Shown here in pieces: positions 25,967 through 37,640 of a stretch of DNA of 64,000 nucleotides. The stretch is taken from positions 2,208,001 to 2,272,000 of the forward strand of contig OY729426.1 in NCBI GenBank assembly GCA_963422365.1, given 5' to 3'. Source of the stretch: Nitrospirales bacterium (lineage in GTDB: Bacteria > Nitrospirota > Nitrospiria > Nitrospirales > UBA8639). The notes under the pieces were generated by a model, which was given only the letters and a program-made list of their open reading frames with translations, had not been told where the DNA came from and did not search any database. How positions within the stretch are numbered: position 1 is the first letter of the stretch; the number at the start of each line of letters is the position of its first letter. Position numbers and translations under genes: made by a program.

Positions 25967-26151
25967 CAATTGCTGTAGTCGAAACAGATGCTGAGACGAA
26001 GCATCTCGTCATAACCCGCATGGGTCAAAGACGAACGATTCATCTCTTGCCCCCGGTATTGCAACCCAAAAGAAGCCTTTTCTCGCTCTAGTTTTTTTGT
26101 TACCCGCACCAATTATCTTTCAAGACTCACTAATGTTGGAACACAGAATCG

Positions 26152-28611
26152 ATGGACCAAGAACTTCATCCCGCTCCTCAACATATTGACATTCCTGACA
26201 ATTTGCCGTTGATTCCCGTCCGGGATATCGTCGTGTTTCCTTACATGGTTCTGCCCCTGTTTGTCGGGCGAGAAATGTCAATCAAAGCAATTGAGACGGC
26301 CCTCGCCGGCAATAGAATGGTCCTGTTGGCGGCTCAGAAAGCCCACGATACTGAATCTCCAAAACCAGCAGACATTTTTAAAACCGGGACCGTTGGCATG
26401 ATCATGCGCATGCTGAAACTTCCCGATGAACGGATCAAAATTTTAGTGCAAGGTCTTGCCAAAGCTACAATCGTCGACTATCTCCAGTCTGAACCGTTTT
26501 ACTCCGTTCGCATTCAAACCGTATCGGCTTCTCAAGCACAATCACCGTCTCTCGAGATTGAAGCCGTCATTCGTACCGCAAAAGAGGGGATAGACCGGCT
26601 CACAAGTCTTGGGAAAGAGTTAATGCCGGACGTCATGGTGGTCATTGAAAACCTGGATGAACCGGGCCGACTAGCAGACATCATTGTGTCGAATCTCGGG
26701 TTGAAAGTGGAAAGAACCCAGGAAATTTTGGAAATCGAAAATCCGATGACCCGATTAAAGCGCGTGACGGAGATCCTCTCGAAAGAAATTGAAGTCTTGT
26801 CGATGCAACAAAAAATCCAGGCCGACGCCAAGGGTGAAATTGATAAAACCCAGCGTGAATATTTCCTGCGTGAGCAGTTGAAAGCCATTCAAAAAGAACT
26901 CGGAGAATTGGATGATCGGGCGGAAGAAGTGGCGGAATTCCGAAAGCGTATTGAAGAATGCCACATGCCAGAAAAGGTTATGAAGGAAGCAGAGAAGCAG
27001 CTGAAGCGGCTAGAAAAAATGCACCCTGATACGGCCGAAGCGGCGACAGTACGCACCTACATGGAATGGATGGTTGAGATTCCTTGGAGTCACACCTCCC
27101 CAGACAATCTGGATATTCAAGCTGCCCAAAAAGTCCTCAACGAGGACCACTATGATTTGGAAAAGGTCAAAGAACGCATCCTCGAATATTTGGCCGTACG
27201 CAAACTCACAGAAAAACACAAAGGCCCAATTCTTTGCTTTGTCGGTCCACCGGGTGTGGGAAAAACGTCGTTGGGGAAATCCATTGCGCGGGCCTTGGGT
27301 CGAGAATTTGTGCGCATGAGTCTGGGCGGCGTGCGAGACGAAGCCGAAATCAGAGGGCATCGCCGAACGTACGTTGGGGCTTTACCTGGACGTATCATGC
27401 AAGGAATCAAGCAGGCAGGAACGAATAATCCCGTGTTCATGCTGGATGAAGTCGATAAAGTGGGAATGGATTTTCGTGGCGATCCCTCAGCCGCGCTTTT
27501 GGAGGTTTTAGACCCCGAACAAAATCATGCGTTCACGGATCATTATTTAGGCGTCCCTTTCGACCTCAGCAATGTGATGTTCATCACGACCGCGAATCTC
27601 ATGGACCCCATTCTTTCCGCGCTCCGAGATCGAATGGAGATCATTGGAATTCAGGGATATACCGAAGAAGAAAAACTTGGGATTGCCCGTCGCTATTTAA
27701 TTCCTCGGCAACTGGAACAACATGGAATCTCGGAAAAATATTTTCGAATGACCGATCCCGCCGTTCAGAGAATCGTCACTCACTACACGCGGGAAGCCGG
27801 TGTCCGTAATCTGGAACGAGAACTCGCCAATGCCATGCGAAAAGTTGCCAGACGAGTCGCCGAAGGCAAACCGAAACGCTATTCCATCACACCACATTCT
27901 CTCCGCACCTATTTCGGTATTCCCAAATATCTCCCGGAAACCGAAAAGGAAAAAGATCAGGTGGGGTTGACCATCGGGCTCGCGTGGACGGAAACGGGCG
28001 GCGAGACGCTTCACGTCGAAGCCACCGGGATGCAGGGTAAAGGGAATCTGACCTTAACGGGCCATCTCGGTGATGTCATGAAGGAGTCCGCCCAAGCCGC
28101 ACTGAGTTATGTCCGTGCACAGGCCCGCACGCTAAACATCAAACAGGAGACCTTCGCTACGACCGACATCCATATTCATGTTCCCGCAGGCGCCATTCCT
28201 AAAGATGGGCCGTCAGCGGGGATTACCATAGCCACAGCACTTGCCTCGAGTTTAGCAAATATCCCCGCCAGACACGATGTCGCCATGACAGGAGAAATCA
28301 CGTTGCGTGGACGGATTCTCCCCATCGGCGGTTTGAAAGAGAAAATACTTGCGGCAAAGCGAGCCTCAATTCCTCGCATCATTCTTCCAAAACGAAATGA
28401 AAAAGATTTAGAAGACCTCCCGAAACATTTGCTGAAAGGCGTGAAGATGATTTTTGCGGAAACCGTGAGTCACGTGTTTGCCGCGGCACTTCAACGACCA
28501 GTTCACGCGCGCAGCACACCCAAAACGCCAAAACCCTCACACACCAAAACCGTCTCGCCGAACCGAAAAAAACGGGTGGACGCCTTGCCTGCAAAAAGGA
28601 CTCGGCGGTGA
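26152..28611 (+). CDS. lon: ATP-dependent protease La
   Basis: [33 protein letters not shown] motifs. Confidence 0.98.
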   Translation: MDQELHPAPQHIDIPDNLPLIPVRDIVVFPYMVLPLFVGREMSIKAIETALAGNRMVLLAAQKAHDTESPKPADIFKTGTVGMIMRMLKLPDERIKILVQGLAKATIVDYLQSEPFYSVRIQTVSASQAQSPSLEIEAVIRTAKEGIDRLTSLGKELMPDVMVVIENLDEPGRLADIIVSNLGLKVERTQEILEIENPMTRLKRVTEILSKEIEVLSMQQKIQADAKGEIDKTQREYFLREQLKAIQKELGELDDRAEEVAEFRKRIEECHMPEKVMKEAEKQLKRLEKMHPDTAEAATVRTYMEWMVEIPWSHTSPDNLDIQAAQKVLNEDHYDLEKVKERILEYLAVRKLTEKHKGPILCFVGPPGVGKTSLGKSIARALGREFVRMSLGGVRDEAEIRGHRRTYVGALPGRIMQGIKQAGTNNPVFMLDEVDKVGMDFRGDPSAALLEVLDPEQNHAFTDHYLGVPFDLSNVMFITTANLMDPILSALRDRMEIIGIQGYTEEEKLGIARRYLIPRQLEQHGISEKYFRMTDPAVQRIVTHYTREAGVRNLERELANAMRKVARRVAEGKPKRYSITPHSLRTYFGIPKYLPETEKEKDQVGLTIGLAWTETGGETLHVEATGMQGKGNLTLTGHLGDVMKESAQAALSYVRAQARTLNIKQETFATTDIHIHVPAGAIPKDGPSAGITIATALASSLANIPARHDVAMTGEITLRGRILPIGGLKEKILAAKRASIPRIILPKRNEKDLEDLPKHLLKGVKMIFAETVSHVFAAALQRPVHARSTPKTPKPSHTKTVSPNRKKRVDALPAKRTRR

Positions 28612-29720
28612 ACTGCTCGAAAGCTCTCCCTTCTACATTACGGACAAACAAATCCTCTAGCCGTGGCTCCCTCAAGACGATCGGAGAATTTGGCCTGATC
28701 CGACAACTGAAGCAGCAATGGGCCATCTCCTCTCCACGGGTGGTCAAAGGCATTGGCGATGACGCGGCAATTCTGAAGGCACCTCAAGGCCAACAGCTTC
28801 TGATGAGTACCGATGCCTTCATTGAGGGGGTGCATTTTGACCTCACCTATCAAACCCTGAAGGATGTGGGATTTCGCGCAGGGGTGGCCAACCTCAGTGA
28901 CATCGCGGCTATGGGAGGGAGACCGCTGTACCTGCTTGTGTCCATGGCTCTTCCTGCTCAGATTCCAACCCCAAAAATTCGAGAGTGCTATCGCGGGATC
29001 CAAGACTCCTGTGGCCCCTGCCACGTCGAATTGATCGGCGGAGATACCTCGTCGTCTCCATCTAATATTTTTCTGAGTCTGACCATCATGGGATCCATTC
29101 AAGCGAATCGTGCACTTACGAGAAATGGGGCTAAAGTGGGGGACTCTATTTATGTGACTGGGACATTGGGTGATTCCAATGCCGGCCTTCACATTTTGCA
29201 AACTCATTCAAAAAGCCACCGAAGTCCCAGACTATCGGCCGTTGAAAAATTTTTAACCCAGCGTCATTTACGACCCACCCCACGGATTCACATAGGACAA
29301 TGCCTGGCAAACCAAGGCGTTGCGCAGGCTGCCATCGACCTCTCTGATGGACTATCTTGCGACATTGGTCATATCTGTGAAGAAAGTGGGGTGGGTGCCG
29401 AGGTCTGGGGAAAGGCCCTTCCCCTCTCTTCCCAACTTCACGCATTTGCGCAACAACATAACGTGGACCCCATAGAGTTCGCTTTGAGAGGAGGCGAAGA
29501 TTATGAGATCCTGTTTACCGCCCCTACAAAAAATCACCAAAACGTGTTAAATGTTTCCAAACAAACCAAGGTGCCTATTTCCTGCATTGGCACAATAAAA
29601 CCAAAAAAATTTGGTCAACAACTTGAGTGTCCTGAAGGCCGCAAACAAAAACTTTTGAAGAAGAGTTTTAACCACTTTAGCGGGAGACACATCTCCCATT
29701 CCCCGATTCCATCATCGTGA
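28608..29720 (+). CDS. thiL: Thiamine-monophosphate kinase
   Basis: GEFGLI, GIGDDAA, NLSDIAAMGG, GGDT, DLSDGL, GGEDYE motifs. Confidence 0.96.
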   Translation: MNCSKALPSTLRTNKSSSRGSLKTIGEFGLIRQLKQQWAISSPRVVKGIGDDAAILKAPQGQQLLMSTDAFIEGVHFDLTYQTLKDVGFRAGVANLSDIAAMGGRPLYLLVSMALPAQIPTPKIRECYRGIQDSCGPCHVELIGGDTSSSPSNIFLSLTIMGSIQANRALTRNGAKVGDSIYVTGTLGDSNAGLHILQTHSKSHRSPRLSAVEKFLTQRHLRPTPRIHIGQCLANQGVAQAAIDLSDGLSCDIGHICEESGVGAEVWGKALPLSSQLHAFAQQHNVDPIEFALRGGEDYEILFTAPTKNHQNVLNVSKQTKVPISCIGTIKPKKFGQQLECPEGRKQKLLKKSFNHFSGRHISHSPIPSS

Positions 29721-30202
29721 CAGCCTTCAAACGCGTTCTCGCTAAAATACAGGAAGCCCTCCACCTTCAAGAAACACCCCAACGAACAGCCGTTGCTTTT
29801 TCTCTCGGGGTCTTCATCGCGTTCACTCCAACCTACGGACTTCATTGTGTCAGTGTGATTGTCTTAGCCTGGGCGTTCCGTCTGAATTTTCCCGCTCTCT
29901 TGGTCGGTGCATTCATTAATAATCCCTGGACCATCGCCCCGATTTTGGGAGCCACGATGTGGACGGGATTTTTTCTGTTAGGAATGCCGGAAGTCCCAGA
30001 TGTTTCCTGGAATAATCTTTCGATCACGACACTGTACGAATTCGTCCTTCCCTTCGTTCTTCCTTTTACCCTTGGAGCCCTTACCCTGAGTGTGTTTGGC
30101 GCCTTGCTGGCCTATCCCTTGGGCGTGCTCTTGGTTTCTTGGTATCGCAAACAATATGCAGCCCAACCAAGCCACCAACTGGCTCGAAAGAAACCAGCAT
30201 AA
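29717..30202 (+). CDS. DUF2062 family membrane protein
   Basis: TPQRTAVAFSLGVFIAFTP, NNPWT motifs; hydrophobic. Confidence 0.85.
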   Translation: MTAFKRVLAKIQEALHLQETPQRTAVAFSLGVFIAFTPTYGLHCVSVIVLAWAFRLNFPALLVGAFINNPWTIAPILGATMWTGFFLLGMPEVPDVSWNNLSITTLYEFVLPFVLPFTLGALTLSVFGALLAYPLGVLLVSWYRKQYAAQPSHQLARKKPA

Positions 30203-30407
30203 CGACACTTCCACGGAATGCGAAAATGCGATCGTTTCTTGAAAGGTTATGAATTCACATGTTCCTTTCCCTTACCTATCATCATCACATTGATGATGCC
30301 TCAGCTTCGCCCGATCCAGAAATGTGGTATTCTGTTTAGTTGTTCGTGCCATAACGCTACGTTAAGATTCACAGGAGATTGTTCCATCCCTTCTGACTCG
30401 ACACTTA

Positions 30408-31787
30408 ATGGCTCAACCAGCACCTCATGACATTTCGCTTATTGCCGATCCTATTCATCACTACATTCAATTTACGGTTCCTCATTCCTCATCCGACTCT
30501 GACGAAACAACGGAAAAAGATTTAATCGATTCTCCCTGGATCCAACGCCTTCGGTACATCTATCAACTGCAAAGCGCACGATGGGTCTATCCTGGAGCGG
30601 AACACAGTCGGTTCCAACATTCTCTAGGGGCCATGCATCTTGCCGGACAATATGCGAAGCATGTGTATCCCACCCTCGCCCAAACAGTTCGGGATGTTCC
30701 CACGCTCCCTTATATCGAAGCCTTACTCAGGGTCACCGCACTACTCCACGATGTCGGACATGGCCCCTTTTGTCATTTTTTTGATCACCACTTTCTTCAA
30801 CAATACGGTTTATCCCATGAACACGTGAGTCAAGCCATTATTCGTCATGAAGTAGGCCCTCTGATTCGACAAGTACGACGCAGTCCTTCAGGAAGGTTTG
30901 CGAACCATGAAACGCTCGATCCCGATTATCTTGCGTTTCTGATTTTGAAAGATCCCAACAAACAAAGTCGGCACTATCCTCGATGGCTTCAGCTCCTCCA
31001 GCCATTAATCGGCGGGCTTTTCACGGCAGACAACTTCGACTACGTCTTGCGCGATTCCTATATGTGTGGAGTCGCGATCGGGCCAGTGGATATTCCTCGA
31101 CTGATTCATTACACGTTGATCACCCCAAAGGGGTTAACACTCCATAAAAATGGCTTGCCCGCCCTTCAAATGTTTCTCAATGCCAGACTCTATCTCTATT
31201 CCAATGTGTATTATCATCGCACCTCACGAGCAATTGATCTTCACCTCTTGGAGATTTTCCATGAAACCATGGAATGTATTTTTCCCCATAACCCGCTTCA
31301 ACACATGCAGAAATATCTCCGGCTTACGGATTGGTCTCTCTTGGAAACGGTCCGCACCTGGGAATCGTCATCGAATCGTCAGAAACAGCGGATCGGGAAA
31401 GAATGGGCTCGCGTGTTGGAACGCCAAATAAAATGGAAAACAGCCTATAGCAAAGTCTTGACGATTCGAGACTGCCGTCCACGAGGGCCAGTGGCGACAC
31501 CTGCAAAGCTTGAATCTCGTATTCGTCAAAAATTGCCTCGCCGACTGCAGGGTCTTATCTTTCGAGTAGATATTGCCAGCAAAGATACGCGCCCCTTCAA
31601 CGTTCTCAACATGGGCCAGTTTCAGTTTTATCTCTATGACCCAGCAACCCAGTCCGTCGAAAAAGAAAAGCTGCAAGAACTTTTGGCCTTTTTGCCCTCG
31701 CATATCGTCCAACTTCGAATTTTTGCTGAAAATCATCATGCCGACTCAGCGTTAGCTAAGGCAGCCGAACAGGTACTTGATGGCTAG
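30408..31787 (+). CDS. HD-domain phosphohydrolase (dNTPase/SAMHD1-like)
   Basis: QRLR.IYQL, HSRFQHSLG, LLHDVGHGPF, ADNFDYVLRD, VYYHRT motifs. Confidence 0.9.
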   Translation: MAQPAPHDISLIADPIHHYIQFTVPHSSSDSDETTEKDLIDSPWIQRLRYIYQLQSARWVYPGAEHSRFQHSLGAMHLAGQYAKHVYPTLAQTVRDVPTLPYIEALLRVTALLHDVGHGPFCHFFDHHFLQQYGLSHEHVSQAIIRHEVGPLIRQVRRSPSGRFANHETLDPDYLAFLILKDPNKQSRHYPRWLQLLQPLIGGLFTADNFDYVLRDSYMCGVAIGPVDIPRLIHYTLITPKGLTLHKNGLPALQMFLNARLYLYSNVYYHRTSRAIDLHLLEIFHETMECIFPHNPLQHMQKYLRLTDWSLLETVRTWESSSNRQKQRIGKEWARVLERQIKWKTAYSKVLTIRDCRPRGPVATPAKLESRIRQKLPRRLQGLIFRVDIASKDTRPFNVLNMGQFQFYLYDPATQSVEKEKLQELLAFLPSHIVQLRIFAENHHADSALAKAAEQVLDG

Positions 31788-31850
31788 CGATGATGGGAGA
31801 AATGGGCTTTTCCCCCGGGGGATTGTGGAGAAGGAGCACGGATGCTTCAG

Positions 31851-34160
31851 TTAATTTGAAGCCCACGGCAGACTCTGTTCATCCCCAAGAAGAGGGCCTA
31901 AAATACTCTTGAGGATTTGGGTTCCTAATCCGGTCGTAGCCCCCACGCCACGTAACGTGAGGACAAAATTAAATTGATTTCGTTCGGGAAGATCCTCTCC
32001 GCCCGACAAGTGAATGTAATAAAGGCCAAGCGACCAACATTTGCAGGGATTTTGATACAATCCAACGACATCCCATTCAGGGGTCTGTCCCGTGACAAAA
32101 TTATGATAGGCCTTTGTCCCAACTGTCCACCCTAATGGTAGACGGACAGCACTACCTACTGTAAAGAAATTAATTTCTGGTTGAGCGGACAATACTTCGT
32201 TAAAGGACAACGGATTCCAGATGTCTCCACGGCGGGGGATCGTTCCTGATCGTGCATAGCGGTGTCCCAATTGCACATAAGCCTGTTGATGCGCCTGCAC
32301 CGTGACATTTGAATTAAACTGTGTAAATTCCTGGTCACTCGGATTATAGAACGTATCAACACTCAGGCTGAGTCGATTCAAAAACTCCGGCAATTGCGTC
32401 ACAGGAAGTTCGAGCGTTGCCTTTCCCCACAAATCAGAAAAAGTATTCGCTTGGCCAGAGATGTCACCAAGATGGTAACTTTGAGCAATCACAAAATCCA
32501 GTAACGTCATAGACCGTTTGCCGCTCCATTCATCTCGTAAGCGGGTTCTCAGGGAATAAGTCAGCAAGTGTTTTTTCAATAAATTATCAGTGGCATCGAT
32601 CTGCGGAAGATCGGATTGTGTGGAAGCCGGTACGTATTCGTAGAACAAGCGAGGTTCAATCGTATGACGCAGTCGATGCCTATTTCCTACTCGAAATCCA
32701 CGTGACACATTCGAGACCGCCTCCAAGCCAAGCCAAAACGTCCCCCGATCACGAGCATCATCGTGAGCGGTCGACCGTCCCCGAGAGTAGAGAACCTCTC
32801 TGATTTTGAACTGCGGACGAAGACCGATCATATGCCCGAGATGCAACCCCTGAACGGCAAGAGTCGGCATGATATCGAAACGGCTGACATGGAACCCTTG
32901 CTCACGAACAAAGTGCACAAATGTCGAATCCATTCCAATATCGAGATTGACCATTTCTCCTCCCACGGTCAATCGACGCCCATACCGATGCCCAATTTCG
33001 GGTAACCGTTGAAACGTCTCTCGTCCCCCCGAGTTTAATGGTTGTAAATATTGGGCCTTGAGATAGGCGATCCCACCCGGCAATCGATGCATCACATTCA
33101 GCACGGATTCCTGGCTCGGCAGCGCCCGAAAAATTCCAGACGCACTCAGATCCCGTAAGAGTGTCCGATCGGTCGCATAGTTAATGTTGGCTTGAATCAG
33201 AAGATCGTCATTCACTCGCTGAACATGGGCACCCGTAATTTGTGCACGAGATTGATCCTCTTCAGTATCATTAAACGCATTAATTAACCATTGTCCCCTC
33301 GAACGGCGATTCAGAATATAACGATATGACACATCTCCACCTTGTCCTCGTTTGGAGAGAATTTGTGGCGCGACGGTCAGGTCTTGACTCGGGGAAATGG
33401 CCCAATAGAACCCTTGGCGATATTGGAAACCTAGAATATTGTCGAACCCGACCGTAGGAATCAAAAATCCGGTTTTTCTGGCGCCCGGCATCGGATAGCG
33501 CAACACAGGAATCGGGACAATCGGGTGATTGCGAACATTCAGCCATACATTTTTGGCAAACACGCTATCGCCTTGTTCCACGTCCACATCGTGAAACGAA
33601 AAACTCCAATCGGGAATTTGCCCATCATCCGCTTCGCAATTCGTAAACATGCCATCCTTCGCACGATAATGCGTTTCAGAAAACCGTTGAAGGAGACGAC
33701 CTTGGAGCCACGTCTTGGTTTCTTTCAGAAAAACTTTCCCATTGACGATAAGAGCGAACTCCGTATTCACATTGATGGTCAGCTCTTCCGCCCACACATC
33801 AGTCACGTGATCCTTGAGATGAACATGGCCCGTAGCCGTTAAGCGGCCGGAAAGTTTATGAAGGATGGCTTGGTCGGCGGTCAACCGGACGTCACCCTGA
33901 GTCACCACCACTGAACCAAAGGCTTTGAATTCCTCTGTGACTTGATCGAACTCGGTTCGTTCAGCCGTGATGTTGAGAGGGGAAGAACTTTCTGATCCTG
34001 ATGACTTCGCCACGGGAAAAATGGGCTGCGCATGGACAACACTCGCCAAAGCGAGAACGGCCTGACTGACAACCAAGAGACCAACCACCAGTCTATTGAC
34101 CAACCAGCCGTAACGGGAATGACGGCCCAATCGGTTATCCCTGGACGGGCTCATAGGCAT
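31851..34160 (-). CDS. lptD: LPS assembly protein LptD
   Basis: OstA-like N-terminal domain, FTNC, RKTGFLIP, QRLPE, HTIEP, CKCW; beta-barrel character. Confidence 0.88.
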   Translation of the reverse strand: MPMSPSRDNRLGRHSRYGWLVNRLVVGLLVVSQAVLALASVVHAQPIFPVAKSSGSESSSPLNITAERTEFDQVTEEFKAFGSVVVTQGDVRLTADQAILHKLSGRLTATGHVHLKDHVTDVWAEELTINVNTEFALIVNGKVFLKETKTWLQGRLLQRFSETHYRAKDGMFTNCEADDGQIPDWSFSFHDVDVEQGDSVFAKNVWLNVRNHPIVPIPVLRYPMPGARKTGFLIPTVGFDNILGFQYRQGFYWAISPSQDLTVAPQILSKRGQGGDVSYRYILNRRSRGQWLINAFNDTEEDQSRAQITGAHVQRVNDDLLIQANINYATDRTLLRDLSASGIFRALPSQESVLNVMHRLPGGIAYLKAQYLQPLNSGGRETFQRLPEIGHRYGRRLTVGGEMVNLDIGMDSTFVHFVREQGFHVSRFDIMPTLAVQGLHLGHMIGLRPQFKIREVLYSRGRSTAHDDARDRGTFWLGLEAVSNVSRGFRVGNRHRLRHTIEPRLFYEYVPASTQSDLPQIDATDNLLKKHLLTYSLRTRLRDEWSGKRSMTLLDFVIAQSYHLGDISGQANTFSDLWGKATLELPVTQLPEFLNRLSLSVDTFYNPSDQEFTQFNSNVTVQAHQQAYVQLGHRYARSGTIPRRGDIWNPLSFNEVLSAQPEINFFTVGSAVRLPLGWTVGTKAYHNFVTGQTPEWDVVGLYQNPCKCWSLGLYYIHLSGGEDLPERNQFNFVLTLRGVGATTGLGTQILKSILGPLLGDEQSLPWASN

Positions 34161-35436
34161 TTCCTGTCATAAGGCTTTTCACAGACCCCACAAGAAACAA
34201 TGATCCTGTAATACAGATAAGATCGTTTTCACTCGCCAAACACATTGCCAAGTCAATTGCCGTTCGAGGCGAGTCGCGCTCATACAAGGGGGCATCAATG
34301 ACTGGCAGCGCCTCTTTTAAGGCCTGCACAGTGGCTGACCGAGGATAATTGATTTGCGTCAAAATTACCATATCGGCTAGCGGGGTCAACGTGTTCAAAT
34401 ATACAGTCAAGTTTTTGTCCTGCATCATCCCGACCACCAAAATAAGACGGCGACCTCGTTGTTCAGACATTTGCCGTTGCACATAGATCTTGAGGCATTC
34501 TGCCGCGGCTGGATTATGAGCTCCATCGCACAGGATCAAAGGATGACGCCGCAGTCGTTCAAGTCGACCCGGCCAAGAGACTTGCTCTAGGCCTTCTCGA
34601 ATGGCCCACTCAGGAATCGGCATGTGGGGCATCACACTGGATTCAAGGACAGCTAAGGCACAGGCAACATTGACCGATTGGTGTTGTCCTTCCAGAGCAC
34701 AGCGAAGATTCAGGTACTCTCGACCCATCCCGACAAAATCGAATTCTCCAGACGCATGAAAAACACTCACAAACTCGCGGCCAAATTTCAACAGTGGAAC
34801 CTGTTTGTGTCGTGCTTGCTCCTGCAAGACCCAGTCTATTGATTGTTCGACCGGTCCTATCACCATCGGAACATGACGCTTCATAATCCCCGCTTTCTCA
34901 ACCGCAATAGCCTGAAGGGAAAACCCCAGATATCTCTCATGATCGAATGAAATATTGGTCATGACCGTACCGATCGAATGGCAAACATTCGTCGCATCGA
35001 ATCTCCCGCCCATCCCAACTTCCACCACGGCGATTTCCACCTGTTCTTCAGCAAAATACTGAAAGGCCATGGCGGTGGCCACTTCAAAAAATGTCGGCGG
35101 CACAGCAAACGAAGGCAGCAATTGGATTCGGGTGAACAGTTCAACTACTCGATCTTCGGGAATGACCGCCCCTTGCACTTGGATTCGTTCACGAAAATCA
35201 AGAAGATGCGGAGAGGTATACAAACCAACGCGGACTCCAGCAGCCCGAAGAATCGAAGCTGTTATGGCGGCAACGGACCCCTTGCCATTGGTTCCAGCAA
35301 TGTGAAGAACTGGAAAACGCCGCTGGGGATCTCCCAGTTCTGACAATACCAAGGAAACCGTTTCAAGCCCCAGCTTGATTCCAAACCGTTGCAACTCGTA
35401 TAGGCGTTTTCGTGTAGTTTCGTAGGAATACTTCAT
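34135..35436 (-). CDS. folC: Folylpolyglutamate synthase / dihydrofolate synthase
   Basis: HIAGTNGKGS, YTSPHL, EVGMGGRFDATN, WPGRLE, DGAHNP motifs. Confidence 0.97.
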   Translation of the reverse strand: MKYSYETTRKRLYELQRFGIKLGLETVSLVLSELGDPQRRFPVLHIAGTNGKGSVAAITASILRAAGVRVGLYTSPHLLDFRERIQVQGAVIPEDRVVELFTRIQLLPSFAVPPTFFEVATAMAFQYFAEEQVEIAVVEVGMGGRFDATNVCHSIGTVMTNISFDHERYLGFSLQAIAVEKAGIMKRHVPMVIGPVEQSIDWVLQEQARHKQVPLLKFGREFVSVFHASGEFDFVGMGREYLNLRCALEGQHQSVNVACALAVLESSVMPHMPIPEWAIREGLEQVSWPGRLERLRRHPLILCDGAHNPAAAECLKIYVQRQMSEQRGRRLILVVGMMQDKNLTVYLNTLTPLADMVILTQINYPRSATVQALKEALPVIDAPLYERDSPRTAIDLAMCLASENDLICITGSLFLVGSVKSLMTGNAYEPVQG

Positions 35437-35682
35437 CAACAATCCCAAGGGGGGAGTGTATCAACATCGAAGCCCGGTAACTACCCAAAAAAATTGCAGA
35501 ACTCTCCTTCTCTGATGCCAGAATTCGATTGTCCGCATGAGAAAGGCCCAGCAAACGAGGGGGACATGACGGTATGTCGAGCCTCAAGCACCGCTCCTTG
35601 GCCGTTGTTCTCTTCTCGCAGCCCCTTTGCAAAACTCAGGGCTGGCGCAGGGTAGGCAGGACAGGGTTGCTTCAACATCCCG

Positions 35683-36528
35683 TTAAGCACTGGCACTCAG
35701 ATGCCGTAAAACAGTGTGGATCGTATCTCGAAGATCGGGTCGACTCACAATGGCATCAATCATACCATGTTCAAGTAAAAACTCTGCGCGTTGAAACCCG
35801 TCAGGCAAGCGCTGCTTGATGGTTTGTTCAATGACTCGTGGTCCTGCAAACCCGATCAGGGCTTTGGGTTCAGCTAGGATGATGTCCCCTAACATCGCTA
35901 CGCTCGCGGTGACTCCTCCGAAAGTTGGGTCTGTCAGGAGAGAAATGAACGGCACTCCGGCTTCATGAAGCTGCGCCAGTGCCGCCGAAGTCCTCGCCAT
36001 TTGCATGAGAGAAAGTATGCCTTCTTGCATTCTCGCTCCCCCTGACGTCGTCACGAGCAAAAACGGCCTGTTTCCCCCGGCAGCCCGATCAGCAGCACGA
36101 CAAATCTTTTCTCCAACCACAGACCCCATACTGCCCCCCATAAATGCAAAATCAAAAATCCCCACAATCACCCGACGATCATGAAGCCTCCCTTCGCCCG
36201 TGACGATGGCATCGTGTCTCCCCGTTTTCTTCTGATGGATCTCAAGGCGTCCAGGGTAGGGTTGGGTATCGACAAAAGTCAGAGGATCGCCAGGTGCGAA
36301 TTCGGTATCCCACTCTTGAAAGCTGTCTGGGTCGAGTAAGACTTCAATTCGCTCTGGGACCGATAAGGGAAAATGGTATCCACATTTGGGACAGAGTTTA
36401 AGATTTCGATTGACCTCTTTTCGATAGACAGCAGCACGGCAAAAGGCACATTTGACCCACATGCCCTCAACGATGTTCAGCTTACCCTTTTCCTGGTTTT
36501 TCGACGAGCTCTTTTTAAACCAACCCAT
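35683..36528 (-). CDS. accD: Acetyl-CoA carboxylase carboxyltransferase beta subunit
   Basis: C4 zinc finger, FMGGSMGSVVGEK, SGGARMQEG, FAGPRVIEQT motifs. Confidence 0.97.
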   Translation of the reverse strand: MGWFKKSSSKNQEKGKLNIVEGMWVKCAFCRAAVYRKEVNRNLKLCPKCGYHFPLSVPERIEVLLDPDSFQEWDTEFAPGDPLTFVDTQPYPGRLEIHQKKTGRHDAIVTGEGRLHDRRVIVGIFDFAFMGGSMGSVVGEKICRAADRAAGGNRPFLLVTTSGGARMQEGILSLMQMARTSAALAQLHEAGVPFISLLTDPTFGGVTASVAMLGDIILAEPKALIGFAGPRVIEQTIKQRLPDGFQRAEFLLEHGMIDAIVSRPDLRDTIHTVLRHLSASA

Positions 36529-36581
36529 CGAGATGTTTCCCTTAGAAAAGGAACCGAGAAAAACGCGAGCAGCAGGGGCCA

Positions 36582-37640
36582 TCAGCCACCGCGCGCATGC
36601 ATTTCCAAATGTGGATCCTGACGAAGCTCTTCGATCTGAATAAATTGGCCACGCCTACTTGAAGACTCGAGAGCTTTGCGTTCTTCAGCGCCATGGTCCA
36701 TTCGACTTTGCCAACCTGAACGAATACGTGCTCGCACGGTTGCTCCATCTTTCATCCGAAGGGGTTCTCTCAAGTCTAAGCCGTGTTTGGCATAAAGACA
36801 TAGATACCACACTCCGTCGGCCGTCAAACGGCTCCGATCACACGTGGCACAAAATGGCGTTGTCGTAGAGGGAATAATGCCAAAAGTGGTCTCATCGGCT
36901 AACCGAAACCGTTGCGCTGGGGCTGAACTATTTTCTCGAATTGGCTCAATTGGGCCATAGACCTGCTGTAGTCGCTGCAGGATTTCAGCCTGAGAAACGA
37001 CTTTTTCCATGCCCCACTCATTCGCGCCACCCACATCCATATACTCAATAAATCGGACCTCTCCTTTCACGCTTTTTCCATATTCAATTAATTCGACGAG
37101 TTCATCATCATTGAATCCTTTTATCACAACGGTGTCGATTTTGAGCCCCGTCAATCCGACTGTATTGACATGTGCAATTCCCCTTAACACTCGATCAAAC
37201 GTGTCACGTTTGGTCAGGGTCTTAAATCGATCCGGCTTTAAGGTATCAAGGCTCACCGTAATGCGATGCAAGCCGGCGTCATAGAGCGATTCAGCGTGCT
37301 CATCCAACAAGATTCCATTGGTGGTCAAGGCAATATCATGAATGGAAGCCTGTTGCCTCAACAGGTGAATCAGCGTGGGGAGGTCGCGACGAAGCAGAGG
37401 TTCTCCCCCAGTTAATCGAATTTTATCAACGCCAAATTCCGTAAAAATTCCTGCCAGCGTATTGATTTCTTCAAAACTCAGAAGGGTTTCACGGGGGAGC
37501 CAAGTATAGTCATCTTCCGGCATGCAATAGCTGCAACGCAGATTACATCGATCCGTGACCGACACGCGTAAACTTCGCAAGGGGCGACCAAACGTATCAA
37601 GAAGCTCAGAACTGACCGTTGGCGTGGGCACGGCATTCAT
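36582..37640 (-). CDS. moaA: GTP 3',8-cyclase
   Basis: LRVSVTDRCNLRCSYCMP, FCATCDRSRLTADG, C-terminal GG. Confidence 0.97.
   Translation of the reverse strand: MNAVPTPTVSSELLDTFGRPLRSLRVSVTDRCNLRCSYCMPEDDYTWLPRETLLSFEEINTLAGIFTEFGVDKIRLTGGEPLLRRDLPTLIHLLRQQASIHDIALTTNGILLDEHAESLYDAGLHRITVSLDTLKPDRFKTLTKRDTFDRVLRGIAHVNTVGLTGLKIDTVVIKGFNDDELVELIEYGKSVKGEVRFIEYMDVGGANEWGMEKVVSQAEILQRLQQVYGPIEPIRENSSAPAQRFRLADETTFGIIPSTTTPFCATCDRSRLTADGVWYLCLYAKHGLDLREPLRMKDGATVRARIRSGWQSRMDHGAEERKALESSSRRGQFIQIEELRQDPHLEMHARGG

Noticed and set aside
25979..26000. Hammerhead ribozyme in the lon leader (GAAA and CTGA nearby)
   Set aside because: The core would need CUGANGA and three correctly placed stems; the sequence is CTGAGAC and the stems do not fit
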